The position numbers and the translations under genes are program-made. A stretch of DNA of 62,650 bases, filler included, from Stramenopiles sp. TOSAG23-2 (Eukaryota): assembly GCA_900128395.1 (NCBI GenBank). It is 3 parts of 3 records of this genome, joined end to end, with 100 filler letters (N's around TTAATTAATTAA, not from the genome) between each part and the next. Parts side by side here need not be neighbours in the genome. Positions count along the whole stretch, not along the records: positions 20,930 to 41,754 come from LT649550.1; positions 41,855 to 62,650 come from LT649551.1; 1 more part is not named here. The stretch is one strand, 5' to 3'. Below the pieces are notes generated by a model. It had not been told where the DNA came from and searched no databases. It saw only the letters and a program-made list of their open reading frames with translations. Every line of letters starts with the position of its first letter. Position 1 is the stretch's first letter. Shown one piece after another: positions 33,033 to 46,654 of the stretch.

Positions 33033-36000
33033 CTACACATTCTTTTTAAAAAACAATATTAACCACTTAATTTCATTGCGATAATTACAAGTTTCACCAT
33101 TTGGACTTTTTAAAACATCATTCCAAATTTTTTCCACAAGCAAATACATACAATTTTCTAGACTTAAATAATTCCCACCATCTTCTTCACCTTCATCTGT
33201 ATTAGTTGTAGTCGTATCATTTTTATCCTTCGTATCTTCTTTCCAACAATTTAATAATTCATTGAAAATCTTTTCAATACAGGAATGGCTCATTTCAAAA
33301 TCATTGCTCCAACAATGATTGATTTGATTTGAACCTCTTGTTACTACAAATTTTGTAAATCGTGAAAGCAAGGATGGATTCATACGTTCAATTAAGAATT
33401 CAAGCATTTTGGTAGTTTCTATCCCTACAGCTTTGTCGTTTAATTGTTTTGACTTTTGGATCAATAAATATGCTAATGGTACTATTCTAGCATCCAAAAT
33501 AATTGGCAATTCTTTTAACCAATCTTGTATATATTTATATGAATGCTGTGTCCAATCATTATATATTAACCCACCTTCATCTCCCAATTCATCGTCACGA
33601 CTAGCTTTCGCGGACGTATCGCCATCTAGCGCATGCGCAATTTTATAAAGTGTTAAAACAGATCCATGATTAATACATGCCTGAATAAATTCTTTTGAAC
33701 TTAATGACGGTATTTTTATCGCTATCTTGTCCAATTCGTTGTTGCTGATTTGAATATATGCCCATAATGCACGTTCATATAGTCGTACTAAATTTGGTAG
33801 TGATAAGACAATGGATGTTGCATTTGCGATGATGTATTTTCCTAAATACCCACAATTGCCTGCAAACGACCACAATAATAATCCCAAACGCTGACTCATT
33901 GGTACCGTCGATGAAATTGTTTCTTTAATATCATCGCTGTGATTTTCAGAATTATTACTCTTTATCCTGTAAACGTTATTACCATCCCCATGTGGCAAAG
34001 TGGAAATGTCAACCCAACTTAAGAAAATACGACTTAGATCATTTCCATTATAATCGTTTTCTGCTTTACTTTTTGGTGATGCCATTTGAGACATAATATC
34101 TAACGCATTAGAGAGTATTTCAAAATATTCTTCGCTTATATTATTATTATTGCTATTATCAATATTATTCGAATTCGTCAATTGCAACAACGGCTGGCCG
34201 ATAGCTTTCAAATACGTTGCAAAATGTATCTCTGAAGCTGATGCAGCAATGGATGCAAATATATTAGATGATTCTTTTGACAATAAAAGCTTTTTATAGG
34301 ATGGAATAATATTCATAAATTTAACACTGGACATTTTTTGCCATGGAATGTGTCTTGGAATGTCTTGTTGTTTCAGATAAACAATTAATGAAAGTAGACT
34401 GTTCAAAACTTCATCTGTTTCCGTATGGTTCACAAGGCGTTTAGACCATGTATTCCAATCAATCTGTGAAAGTGTATTCGTTGTCATTTTCACAACCCAC
34501 GAGTGTAGATTGACCTTGTTCACTTTATCCTTCAAATTGTTTGATCTAAATTGATTATAATGATGTTCTTTTAATATTTCTAACATCTTATCCATTTCAC
34601 TTGTTCCCAACATCATTCGATTCCAATTTATGTGTTCCATAGCAACTACACAAATATCTTCTGCAACATATTCAAGTGGTGTGCATATTTCAATCAACCA
34701 TTCCCATACAAAAAACAAGAAATTTTCATGTTGACATGAATTTACTATGGAAAAAACTTGACGTAAAAAACTTCGCACTTTTCCTTTCATACTTCCATTT
34801 AAAGACCATGGATGTTGTATAATAGCACGTCGATTTAATTTTTCATCAGCTGGTAGTGTTATTGTTGATGTCCAAGGGTCAAACAACGCCCGAAAGGAAT
34901 CAAAGACTTTAGATACATCAAATATTTTACCTTGTTTTTCTTGCATCAATTGTATTTCCTCGCAGCGATGGAAAAGTCGTCTAGATATAGTCAAATACTC
35001 TAACACAATACGACCATCCCAAACATTGTATATGTCATTCACTAAGTTGTGCTCATTACGCGATAATGTTGCCACTGTATTATCCCGTCTACGTATTCTC
35101 AATGCATTGACGCTTGAACCAAGCATATGGCAACATTGCTCTGGATTTCTTAAATTTTCCCAACAGTTTTCTACTGCTACAATACTTTTCCAAACTCGGA
35201 CATTCATTGGTAAAACATCAGTACCAACAAGAACTCGCAAAACAAACGGTAAATGATCATCAAAGTGCATTTGTAAAATGTCTTGTAATATTCCCATGAT
35301 TGCTACGAAAACGATACCTTGTCTCTCGTTCGTCGCACTCACCGGAATTGAATCTGTTAGTACGATTAATAAATTATTTCGCTCTTCAATTGATGGGCGT
35401 GTGGATAACCATAGATGTGCTAGCCGTTTGATCATCTTCCATATAAAATCTCGTGTGTATTCACATTTCCTAGTCCATGACTCGTGGTCTTGATCACAAT
35501 GCAACATGCAATAGAACCATTTTGAAATATGATCAACGATAAAAAAATGTTCATCCTTTTCATTCTCGTCGTCACTTTTTCCCTTGCTCAATAGACAATT
35601 TTCTAAATAATCGACCACAACTTCAATAGTCATCATGCTTATGATAGTTGATGATGCTGCAGTAATGCCATTGCTACTGTTGCTACTATTACCACCACTA
35701 GTTGAAGTGGAAGAAATGGCTCTTCGATCATACGATTCGTTGCGTAAATCGTCTTCTTTGCCCTCTTGCACAGCTAATTTCATGGTTACGCTATCGCATA
35801 TAGTAGCAATACTTCGTGCTTTTCCTAATTGTTGTTTTTCAAATACAGAGTCCATAAAATGAAATACAAATTCATATGTACGGCCTTTCGCATCATTTTC
35901 CCGTTTACGCATTTGTCGCGGCTTTCTCGACCAGAAATTTTTCACACAAGAAACCACTTGGGTATCCATATCCATTGCGTCAGAAAATGATTTTGAGAAC

Positions 36001-39000
36001 CGTTTTGCAAGCTCTACCAATTCATTGGTATATATTCCAGGCTCCATACCTCGTAAATTGATTCTGTCCGTTCTATAAATAGTTGGTTCAAAAGACTGAT
36101 ATGCAGGTGGTGCATCAGGTTGAAATTCTTGGAAAAATGGACGGTCTTTTCGTTGTCTTAACATAACAATAGAGTTATCGATTGTATTTCGGGAATATGG
36201 CATCCAATCAATCATTTCATTTGCAACAGCATTGTTGTTGCTATTGTAGAATGTGAAGCCACTATATAAATAACTGTAATTTGCATTATTTACATACGTT
36301 GAGTTAGCCGATTGTGGTTTGTCTTTTTCCTCATTATATTTTTGATAAATATCTATTGTATCCCACCATAGACATTGAAACACTTTGTCGATTGATTCGT
36401 GATGCTCACAAAATGGATTTGCTGACATCACAAATAGTGCTAATCGGCTAGGGCAATATATGTCTGGTAAACGATGAATGACTTGACATGTAATATGTCC
36501 AATATCTTTTAGCCAATGGTACATCCCTTTGAATAATGCTTGCATTTTTTTTGCATGTAAAACTAATGTTGGTGCTAATTCAGTGACAGTCGCACGCCGT
36601 ACTTGTGTAGTTGCCGCCATACCTGTTTGATGTTCGTTATCTTCTTCTGCAACACGTTGCTTTTGACCAACAATTCCACCTTCGTTGCTTTCATTGCCAA
36701 AATATTGTATCAGATCTAACAATCGTTGTGTCATTTGTTTTAACAGAGTTTGATCATTTTCAATTAACCATTTTCCTAATAACGAAGACGCAGTTGCATC
36801 TTTTAAATGCGTCATTAGCAAAGAGAAAAAAGATTGCCAAACCAGCGGTAGTAAACTATGATTATTGGAGCAGCAAAGGCACATATTTGCCCATTGAAAG
36901 AGCTTTAAACTAGAAATTCCAGATTCTGCATCATAATGTGCTTCATTTGGATCTCTCCATCTATTAGAAATATCATTGTCATCACTTCTGTTTCTTACCT
37001 CCATCTTTTTCACAATTGTTTGAACAAATTCATCGCGATTTGTAAGTTCTTTCGTATTGTTANNNNNNNNNNNNNNNNNNNNNNNNNNNNNNNNNNNNNN
37101 NNNNNNTTACTGTTACTTTCATCGAAATGTTGGCAAAGGGAAGCGTACAATTTACGTTGTTCAAAAGTTTCAACTATCAATATAAAAAACGATATGTATG
37201 GATACGGGGTATTATCACCCGTAACAGCAGCTGTTGTATTGACATTTTTCTTCTCTGTTGTGAACATTTTTAAAATCGAAGTATAGGATAAACCCCATTC
37301 TACAAAAGAAAGCATACCTGTTTTAGCCAACATGCCTTGAATTGATTCCTTCGATCCTTTTGCACCACCTAGAATATGTTTCGACATCCACTCCACGGTT
37401 TCATCTAGGACCAACATATGTTTATGTATCGCATGTTCGACACCTGCTTTAAGAAGTTCTTCTAATAAATATAAGTAACCATATTCTCCTATAAGATCCA
37501 TACTGCTAAAGTTCAACCACATGCATCCATATTCACATTGTGATGCAACCATTGATGCAAATGCACGTGTTCCATATGGAACGCTTGATATGAAATCGAC
37601 TTTATCTAATAAAGTACCATTATTTGATTTGCAAAGTGTTTGCAAACTCTTCCATGGTAAACCTTTTATTAATTCCGGGGCGCGATAGAGAATAGGGGAT
37701 ATATCATGCAAAACTCTCAATGCAGCATTTACATAACCTTGGTCTACCAATGCTTCCCATAAATACCAACCATTATCTTGTTGCACCGCATCAGATATCA
37801 ATAGTAATGTATATGCAGTCACTGCATCAATGTCATTATCACCATTTGGATCTACAGCTTCTTCTACAAGTTTTGTCACGGGTTTATGTTTCATTAAATT
37901 ATTACTATCATCACCATCTTCTTTATCTTTAGCTAAAATTTCTGCATACCTACCACGCAAAAATAATGGATGCTGAACACGTTCCCACAATGATTTCGTT
38001 CTGAAAATAACATTTGCATCTGTTTTCTTCCCTTGTTTTTGTAATTGCAGTAAGATTCGAGGATAATAATTTTCTATATAATTATTACAAAGACATAATT
38101 TTAACAATTGATCCATCGCCCATGTCCTAAATACGCATATTTCGTCATTCCACCATTGTTGAAGCTTTGATAATGTAGATTGATTCTCATAGTCCAACAT
38201 GTTTATATTTGTAACAGTTGACATTGATTCCGATAATAGTACGGCGCATTCACGGTGTATTTCAACCGATAAATACAATTGTTCGCATTTACGATCACTC
38301 CCCCAGTTCATATTTTCAATCACATATTTCACCATCTCACGTGTGTGGAGATAAACTTTCTTTACTTTTTCTAGTGATGACGATGCTCGCTTTGACAGTG
38401 ATGTAGCATTGGATGATGGTAAATTTGGGGATAACCATGCTTTCAAAATGGAAAAGTCTTCATGTACTGCATACCACTTTGAAAAACATGGAGATAAATG
38501 CTTTATCAATATGACTAGACTTTTTAAAGGAACATTTGTAAATTTTTTTTCTTCGTCTTCGATGATATCACCATTTTTCATGAAATTGCAAACGCATCGA
38601 TGTGTTAACTGTAACGTATCAGATAGTAATTGCGGGTGACTATGGCAAATTGTGACCATGTGTGATATAATTTGATTATACCAAATCATTCTTGCATCTT
38701 CTGCTACATGACTGGCTAAAAACAACTCGTAATATACAACACGAGCAATATCACCACCATGTGATTCTGCGATATCAGCCAATGTTGCTAAACGAGCACA
38801 TTCATTAAATGTAGATGTATCACCCAGGCATCGATGGAAAACATTTCGTATGCCTTCATTTGAACTGAGAGTCTTTCTCCAGCTATCATAGCTGTTTATA
38901 CCCGCTGAAAGTGCAATTAAAAAATATGAATTTTGCTCGTCGTCCTCTTTCCCATTCTTGACTGTGTTTTCATTCTTTTTATTGTTATCGGTACTTGCAG

Positions 39001-41329
39001 TATTATTTTTACTATTGTTGTTATTACTATCATTACCATCATTACCATCATTGATAAAAGCAGAGCGTATCGAATCACTTTCAGTGCCTAAATATACTGC
39101 TAACAATACACGCCACATTAAATCTGGCGAACATTTATGATACGGTAATCGAGTCAAATACAACCGCACTTGCCTTGCTGGGCTACGTTGCAATTCATGT
39201 ATGGTCAATAAACATAACGATTCAATCAATGCCCCTGCCTCATCGGTAGGATCAATTTGTAAAGTAGCTTCTGTGACGATGTTTACAATTGAATTCGCAA
39301 TTAATTTACAGAAACATGGGAATTTTGAACCAAAATCAAATAAGCCTTGGCCAAATATTTTAATTAGTGTAGCAGCCCATGCAAATGCAAGTTCAACGTT
39401 TGTTTCAACACGAGATTTATGAAATAGTGCTTTGCATACGATATGCATTGGTAGCTGCTCATATATTGCAACCATGTCATCGTCAGTCATATCAATATCT
39501 ATTTCTGACATATTTTCTTTTTCTTTTTCTTCCTGGTCTTCCATATCTATTTCTTCGTCAGTTTGTTGCGTTGGTTCTACATCTTTTTTTTCAGTATGGT
39601 CGTTATTGTCGTCCATATCATCACCGTAGCTATCGATGTTGCTTAGTGAGCTATCCACTAAATACCAATTTGTTTTTTCTGTTCCACTGCCTGTTCCAAC
39701 ATTGAATATGTCCAATTGGTTGTAAAATTGTGATCTTTTGCGAAATTTATTCTTATTATCATTGTTTTCATTTTCTGTTCGCTTTTCATTATCAATTTCA
39801 ATGGATGATATCATTCGTTTTGCTGTTGTCACGATTTCATTGTTGAAAATGTCTGGCCTTGAGCATGTTGCTTTTTTTCCATTATGAAAATATAGTGTAA
39901 CAGTTATTAATCTTAAAAAATAATCTAACAAATCATCATTGATTATCCATTCATGCAATTTGTCGCTGTTTTTAGCATTTGCATTATTTTGATGATTGAA
40001 AAAATTATTTTGTGGGAATGGTGATGCGTTATCATCGTAAACAGGGATTTCTAAATTATTGGTACTCGCTTGTACCGCCTTTTTTGTATTATCATCTTCG
40101 TCCTTTATATTATTTGCGCCATCGAATACATGTATAATACCAAGTAATGGACGAAAACCAATTTTTTCATTTGTAATTGGACATGATATGCCTGGCATAT
40201 ACATTAAATTCATAACTAGTTCTAAATGTACATTCCAATTACCAAAACGTAACAACCATGAGGCGATATGTCTTATCCATCTAACAATAGTTTTAGATGC
40301 ACGGCATTGCCATGGACCATTGTTACCCAACAATGGTGCTGCTGAGACGTGTTTTTGATGTTTTAATACATTAGACAAAGATCGTAAGCACATTGTGCCA
40401 ATCTGAAACATTTCTATATATATTTCCGTATTATTACAAGTATCAATTTCTTGTTCAATCCATAATTGTGTATATCGTCGATCATTTACAGTTTTCAACA
40501 AATCTGTTGTTCTTGATCGTCTTAATGCTGTGAATGCTGCCTCTAACATAGCTTGATTTTCCGGTGGCAATGATGCTTCTAAATATTTAATCGATGCTTC
40601 AACTATTTTGTCTTCTTGATTATCCAATGTTTGCCTTTGCTGCCTATCTACAGTTGTTCCTATTACCCATGCATCTTTCACACGTTGATTTACTTGATTT
40701 TTCAATAATTCAATCGTATCCATTAATTCATCGATAACTTTTTCACTTTTTATGTATTCCAATATATAATGATGAAATCGCGAGGTGTTTAGATTTGGAT
40801 TTTTATTTTTAACATTGTTGATTATAGTATTTTCATGATATTGATTCAAATACAATACTGTTTGTTTTATCTTATTTATATTATATTCTTGTTCTATATT
40901 GATATGATGTGTCGTTATTTTAGTTCTATGATTTGCTGTTATTAATATTGGACTATTATTATCGTCGTCATCATATAAATTCACAGGAACTGTTGCAGTT
41001 GATGGTGGTGGTGGTGATGATTGTGGTGGAATAAAAAGATTGGTATCATTACTAGGGGCAACAGGATTATTATCCATATCATTGTCATTGTGATTATGTA
41101 CAGTAGCAGTATGATCGTCTAGTTTTACAATTTTCATTTTATTACTCGTATTATTATTATTCACATTTTGTATATTAACAACTTCAATATTATTATCTTT
41201 TGAATGTATAATTTCTTCTACATGACTTTCATCATCATCATCAAAACTTAATGCCCTGTCATTATTTCCATCTCCAATCACATATGACGGGTTGTCTTGA
41301 ATATTTTCAACTTTTTCCTCTAACGACAT
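33033..41329 (-). CDS. EPG5: EPG5-like autophagosome-lysosome tethering protein (~2760 aa), split only by the N-gap 37063-37106
   Basis: Recalled EPG5-like blocks: DDDMVAIYEQLPM, VVYYELFLASHV, WYAVHEDFSILKAWL, VIENMNWG...LYLSVEIHRECAVLLSE, LKLFQWANMCL..SNNHSLLPLVWQSFFSL. After the gap the frame NNTKELTNRDEFVQTIVKKM runs into ORF 33033..37013. Confidence 0.72.
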
Positions 41330-41754
41330 TTGACAAACGGTTATCTATATATACACACAAAAATGAGAAAAGACACTTATATACAAATTTATTATTGAAG
41401 TTTTTTCTTAGTTCAACAAAATTATTATATATAAAATATAATTATAAAATTATTAATTAATTATTATTAATAATCTTTTTATTTTGATACCACTAAGCTG
41501 ACAATATAATTAAAAGCATGTATATATATATATATATCCAAAAGTTTTATGTCCTTTTAATATTTCTTTTATATGATATCACTTCTTGGTTTAATTGATA
41601 TTTTCTAATAGCTATATATATATATAAGAAGTTTCTAATAAATTTCTTTGAAATGAACAAAAAGTGAAAAAATATTAATACATCATCAGTAATCACCTGA
41701 AAGAGAAAAATAAATAGAAATGCAAGTTCAACGTTTGTTTCAACACGAGATTTA

Positions 41755-41854
41755 NNNNNNNNNNNNNNNNNNNNNNNNNNNNNNNNNNNNNNNNNNNNTT
41801 AATTAATTAANNNNNNNNNNNNNNNNNNNNNNNNNNNNNNNNNNNNNNNNNNNN
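41755..41854. other. Assembly gap with artificial TTAATTAATTAA linker
   Basis: N44-linker(41799-41810)-N44, same design as the gap at 20830. Confidence 0.95.
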
Positions 41855-41909
41855 ATTTATTTTTAATTTACTCATGATAATTCCTACTCTTCAAAAGAAT
41901 AAAATAACT
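41855..41909 (+). repeat. Dispersed AT-rich repeat, copy D (at contig start)
   Basis: 41861-41909 matches 7054-7102 with one mismatch. Confidence 0.9.
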
Positions 41910-42102
41910 ATGATATATATATATTATTTATAAAATGCGTATCATATCATAAATTAAATAATTATTATGCGTAAATTAAATTATTACATGTATAAAACGA
42001 TGGTTAAAATCTAAAAGTTATAATAATCTTACACTCTATATATATATATTTTATTTCTCTTACTCAGTATATATTACAAAAAAAGTACTCTTTTTTTGAT
42101 TT

Positions 42103-45100
42103 TTAAAATCCAAAATGACTTTTACGCTGCTGATTTTTGGGACTCGTTTTCGCCAATATACTGTAAGCTTCGTTTATCTGCTTGAATTTCTCCTCGGCAC
42201 TCGCTTCTTTATTTTTATCAGGATGAAACTTTAATGCCAGCTTACGGTACGCTTTCTTAAGCTCCGCGGGGGTAGCACGGCGGTTTACACCCAAAACAGC
42301 ATATGGGTCCATTTCTCCAGGTTTTATTCTTCGCGCAGATTGTGGTGGTGGTGGAGCTGAATTTCTACGTCTTTGACTAGAATTATAGCCATGTTGACGA
42401 TAGTTGTTGCTGCTGTTATTATTATAATTATTATTAGTATTATTATTACTGCCATATCTACCACCATAAGAGGAATGGTTTTGGTTAGTATAACGCCTGT
42501 TGCGCGTGCTATATGCACCACTATATTTATTTGAGCTATAAGCAGATGATCTTGAATTATTGCCACTACTACTGTTGTTGGGTGCATTCCTACTATATTG
42601 TGCCCTTTGCTTTCTAGATTCTTCCATTGATGCCCGAGTTCTACACTCTTTCAATTCTTGAACAACCTTATCATAAGGGACCATATACCATGCTTTGTGC
42701 CGTTCTTTGACCGCGTCATACGCTGTATCGCCACGCGTTCGCATATCAGATAATACCTTGGTAAGATCACGAATTGCTTCCTGGAAACGATTGCTTTCTC
42801 GTAGAGCACGAGCACGTCTTAATATTGCTTTTGGATAATACAGTCTACGTTTTAATGCTTCGTTGCAATCGTCGATAGCTTCGGAAAATAGCCCAAGATT
42901 CATCAACGCCGCGGCTCTGTTACAGTACAATAAAGCACAGTAACTATCATGCGATGGGTCAAGCTGCAACGCGCCACTATACGCATCATACGCCTTAGCA
43001 TACTTTTGGTTACGGAATTCAAAATTCCCACATTCCCGACGAGTTTGCATATCCTTTACAGCATGCATTTCGTATTGAATTTCTTTCATAATTTCATTTT
43101 TTTCCTTCTTATGCTCATCCGAAACCCTTTCCCTCAGCAACGATGAATACGCGTCCTTCAATGTTTGTTGCGATGCTTCTAAATCACCCGACAAATGCAA
43201 CGCTCGACCACACAATAAATGTAATCGAGCGATACTGTTCAGAAAATACTTGTCTAAGCCATCACCATGTTCCGTTGATGTCTTTTCTGCCTCACGTCTC
43301 ATAATTTCATCTAAACATAACCTTGCTGCATTTTCATACTTCACTTGCTCCCCAGAAGCTATTAGGGCCTTTGCATGTAGTACAATGGGCCATACAGCGA
43401 TCGGGCATATTTCTTTTGCTCTTGTCGTATGTGACAAGGCTTCGACAGATAGAATTTTCGCCGCGCGGCAGTCAACATCCGAGGGTCTTGAACGCCTGCG
43501 GGTTATCCCTGGGGTTTTATTTTGTCCACGGACGTTATTTGCTTGTCGAAGTAATGACATTGCTTCTGATCGATAATGTTCAAGTTCTTTCACTTGACGC
43601 AATCCATTTTCAGCCTGTTTTGTTGCACTATTTTGTCCACCTACATCCGTCCCAATGCTTCTACAAGCTTCTATACAACGATGAAATTGCGCGTATGCTC
43701 TTTTTGTTTCACCTATTGCATACCATGCACGCCCAGCTCGTAAATATCCTTTAAAATATGCTGGTTGTATAGCAACAGCATTTGCACAATCTTGAATCGC
43801 CAACATGTATTGTCCCAGCATTAACCTTGCAGCTGCACGATTTCCTAAATAAATTGCATTTTGTGGATCAATGCAGCATGCGGCGTCATAACAACGCAAT
43901 GCAGCTTCGTATTGGCCTTTTACATATAACTCATTCCCACGAGCCTTTAACTTTGCAGATTGACTCTCTGTTTCGATAACTGGAACTGGTGATTTTTTAC
44001 CTTCATCACGTTGTTGATGCTGCTGTTGTTTTTGTTCTATACGGTTGTTACTAGTATTGGTATTTGTATTGTAGCTATCATTTTCAGCACCTTTAAATTC
44101 AAAAATAGGTGATGCTACTGGTACAGGTTTGACGGGTGTTACTGGTGGCCTCCTAGATGGCCGTTTTGATGAAAAATCAGATGCCATATTTTCATTTTCA
44201 TTACTGGAAATATTATTTACCGCGGGAGGGCTATTATTAGTGTTATTGCCAGAGAATGTAAACATTTTCATTTCTGGGGAGCTTGATTTTGTCGTAAACA
44301 TCATTGTGTTCCTACTACCGAAATTATGTACATTGGCTGTATTGTTTATGGTACTGCCGTTTATATTGCTGCCATTATTATTGTTTGTTGCTGCTGCTCC
44401 GAACACAAATAAACCTTTGTTGTTATTGTCTATCCTTTTGCCAACTATTGGGTTTGTTTTTACATGATTATCATTGTCATTATTAATATTGCTGTTTTGT
44501 GCACCAAATACAAACATACCATTTTCATTACTATTATTAGAACTGTTATCCCCAAAGAAAGAGGGTGGTGCCTGTTGATTGCTGGCAAAATCACTACCAA
44601 ACAATACTGCTGGACGATTTTTAAATGCATCAGAGTGATCATCTACATTATTCCAAATACTACTTTTTGTAAATGCGTCATTAGCCTCGTTAGAGTTTGA
44701 CTCGACTTGCCCCTTCGTATTTTCATCTTCGTCATCATCATCAATTGACATGGCGTCAGACATAGGAGACTGTGTTATGGGGCTACCTCGAGTTTTTTGA
44801 AAAATTTTAGCATCAAAAGATACTTTCCTAGTACGTTCAGGTGATGCTGCTTTACGCTGATGTACATTAACAACTGGTGATATACCAAATGCCGGCATAG
44901 TAGTTGTCGTGGTTGATGGTGTGGATACTTTTTCAGAAAAAATTGGAGGCACGATTGGGGCATTGACATTAAACATATTTTTCGTTGAAGGGGCTACTGG
45001 TGGTGGTAACAATGGTGGAGAATTACTTGTATTGCCATGTCTTCGCCCATTTTTACGTTTCCGAGCGCTTCCACCACTAGTTTTACCTTTATTCGATTTT

Positions 45101-46113
45101 ACTTTAATTTTTAAATCTGGAGATCCAGAAAATTGAAAAACTTTCTTCTTCTGCTGCTGCTGCATCTTTCTTCCTCTACCTTCTGCATTGCTTTTCATCT
45201 CAGATTTAATTTTTTCTTCGGTGTTTTTTCCTATTGTATTGCTGTCAAAATCTATTTTCATTGTTTGGTAATCATTGGTAACGTCGTCCATCTTCTTCTT
45301 TGTGCCAATGTCAAAATTTATCGTCTGTCCAGACTTTAAAAAATCGGCATGGTTTATATCTATGTCCTCTTGACCACTTGCTTCCATTTTCATTTTTGCT
45401 AATTTGTTTATCAATTTTGATGTTCGACCAGGCTCATTATTGTCCCCATCCTTCCAGAAATCTTGTATCTCCTGCACAGAGCGTGCTAGATCTTTATTCA
45501 TCACATTTGCCGTTCCAGTTACAGGATTAGTCTCGGATGAAATTCTCAGTTTTTTTAAATTATGTTCTACAGTTTTTTCGCTATCACTAGTTTCAACATT
45601 CATATTTGAAGAAGGGGGTAAGTTTGGCCGAGGTGGAAGCAACGGTGACTTTCCGCGTGTTTGATTTGGTTGCGCTTTATTGAATACAGCTGAATCTATT
45701 TGGGTGGGTGCTGATCTAGCTGGTCTTATTGGTTTATCATCATTACTGTTGTTGCTGCCATTTCCATTTTCATTTAATATATCAGGATTTTGTGCCATAA
45801 CTGGTTTTGTCGACTGGACCGGGTTGATCTTTATTTTAGCAGGAATAGTTGTTGATGTTGTTGTTGTATTAGGCATGGAAAATAAAGAAGATACTGATTG
45901 TATATTGTCGGTCGTCTTACTTCCGCTTGATGTTGATGACCCATATTGTTTTTTCAATTGTTTTAAATTTACTTTTCGTCGAGTTGGTGTTTTGATAAGC
46001 GGTGTGTTGCTATTACTAGTATTATTATTGTTGTTATTATTTTTATCACTATTATTCATATTTTTCGTTTCTTCTACATTTAATTTATTATTATCACTCT
46101 TATTTACCTCCAT
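42103..46113 (-). CDS. TPR-repeat J-domain co-chaperone (DNAJC7/TPR2-like) with long disordered N-terminus
   Basis: TPRs ([17 protein letters not shown]...[34 protein letters not shown]...[13 protein letters not shown]) and a C-terminal J domain (DPYAVLGV...[17 protein letters not shown]). First ATG is at 46113. Confidence 0.92.
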   Translation of the reverse strand: MEVNKSDNNKLNVEETKNMNNSDKNNNNNNNTSNSNTPLIKTPTRRKVNLKQLKKQYGSSTSSGSKTTDNIQSVSSLFSMPNTTTTSTTIPAKIKINPVQSTKPVMAQNPDILNENGNGSNNSNDDKPIRPARSAPTQIDSAVFNKAQPNQTRGKSPLLPPRPNLPPSSNMNVETSDSEKTVEHNLKKLRISSETNPVTGTANVMNKDLARSVQEIQDFWKDGDNNEPGRTSKLINKLAKMKMEASGQEDIDINHADFLKSGQTINFDIGTKKKMDDVTNDYQTMKIDFDSNTIGKNTEEKIKSEMKSNAEGRGRKMQQQQKKKVFQFSGSPDLKIKVKSNKGKTSGGSARKRKNGRRHGNTSNSPPLLPPPVAPSTKNMFNVNAPIVPPIFSEKVSTPSTTTTTMPAFGISPVVNVHQRKAASPERTRKVSFDAKIFQKTRGSPITQSPMSDAMSIDDDDEDENTKGQVESNSNEANDAFTKSSIWNNVDDHSDAFKNRPAVLFGSDFASNQQAPPSFFGDNSSNNSNENGMFVFGAQNSNINNDNDNHVKTNPIVGKRIDNNNKGLFVFGAAATNNNNGSNINGSTINNTANVHNFGSRNTMMFTTKSSSPEMKMFTFSGNNTNNSPPAVNNISSNENENMASDFSSKRPSRRPPVTPVKPVPVASPIFEFKGAENDSYNTNTNTSNNRIEQKQQQHQQRDEGKKSPVPVIETESQSAKLKARGNELYVKGQYEAALRCYDAACCIDPQNAIYLGNRAAARLMLGQYMLAIQDCANAVAIQPAYFKGYLRAGRAWYAIGETKRAYAQFHRCIEACRSIGTDVGGQNSATKQAENGLRQVKELEHYRSEAMSLLRQANNVRGQNKTPGITRRRSRPSDVDCRAAKILSVEALSHTTRAKEICPIAVWPIVLHAKALIASGEQVKYENAARLCLDEIMRREAEKTSTEHGDGLDKYFLNSIARLHLLCGRALHLSGDLEASQQTLKDAYSSLLRERVSDEHKKEKNEIMKEIQYEMHAVKDMQTRRECGNFEFRNQKYAKAYDAYSGALQLDPSHDSYCALLYCNRAAALMNLGLFSEAIDDCNEALKRRLYYPKAILRRARALRESNRFQEAIRDLTKVLSDMRTRGDTAYDAVKERHKAWYMVPYDKVVQELKECRTRASMEESRKQRAQYSRNAPNNSSSGNNSRSSAYSSNKYSGAYSTRNRRYTNQNHSSYGGRYGSNNNTNNNYNNNSSNNYRQHGYNSSQRRRNSAPPPPQSARRIKPGEMDPYAVLGVNRRATPAELKKAYRKLALKFHPDKNKEASAEEKFKQINEAYSILAKTSPKNQQRKSHFGF

Positions 46114-46654
46114 GATAGTCCTTCTATATTTTATGTCTGTATACGTGTGCACATAAACGTGCTCCTCTAATTACGTGAACAAATCTATTTTATAAGAGAT
46201 TTTCTTCCACTCTTTTATATTATATATTATATATAATGTACATTTGAAACAAAATGTTAGTGAATTCTGTATAATAGTCTATAATAAATTATATTATATA
46301 ATTTGGAAGTAGTGTCGAAGTGTGATGTATGTGTGTCATTGGTGTGTGCCAGCTGGGCCAGGTTGTGTATTACAGTATACTGTAGTAGTTTTTAGTAACA
46401 TTACTAGGCACCTAGAACTAAATAATTGGCAGTTAAAAATATTTTGTATTATTTTTTGAAATTTGAGAAAAATAATAAATAATAATAATAATATGATGAT
46501 TGATAGATACTTATACTACTATATTTTAACTACATAAAAATAGAAAATATTTAATTTACAAATATTACATATGTTCATATGAAAATACATATACATACAA
46601 CCTGCAAGTGAAAGGGGACAGACAAAGAAAGAGTACATTATTTAAAGAAAAAAC

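Noticed and set aside
37010..37106. Apparent two-gene split or frameshift in the EPG5-like gene
   Set aside because: The frame change coincides with an N-gap of estimated length; the post-gap sequence is open in the downstream frame.
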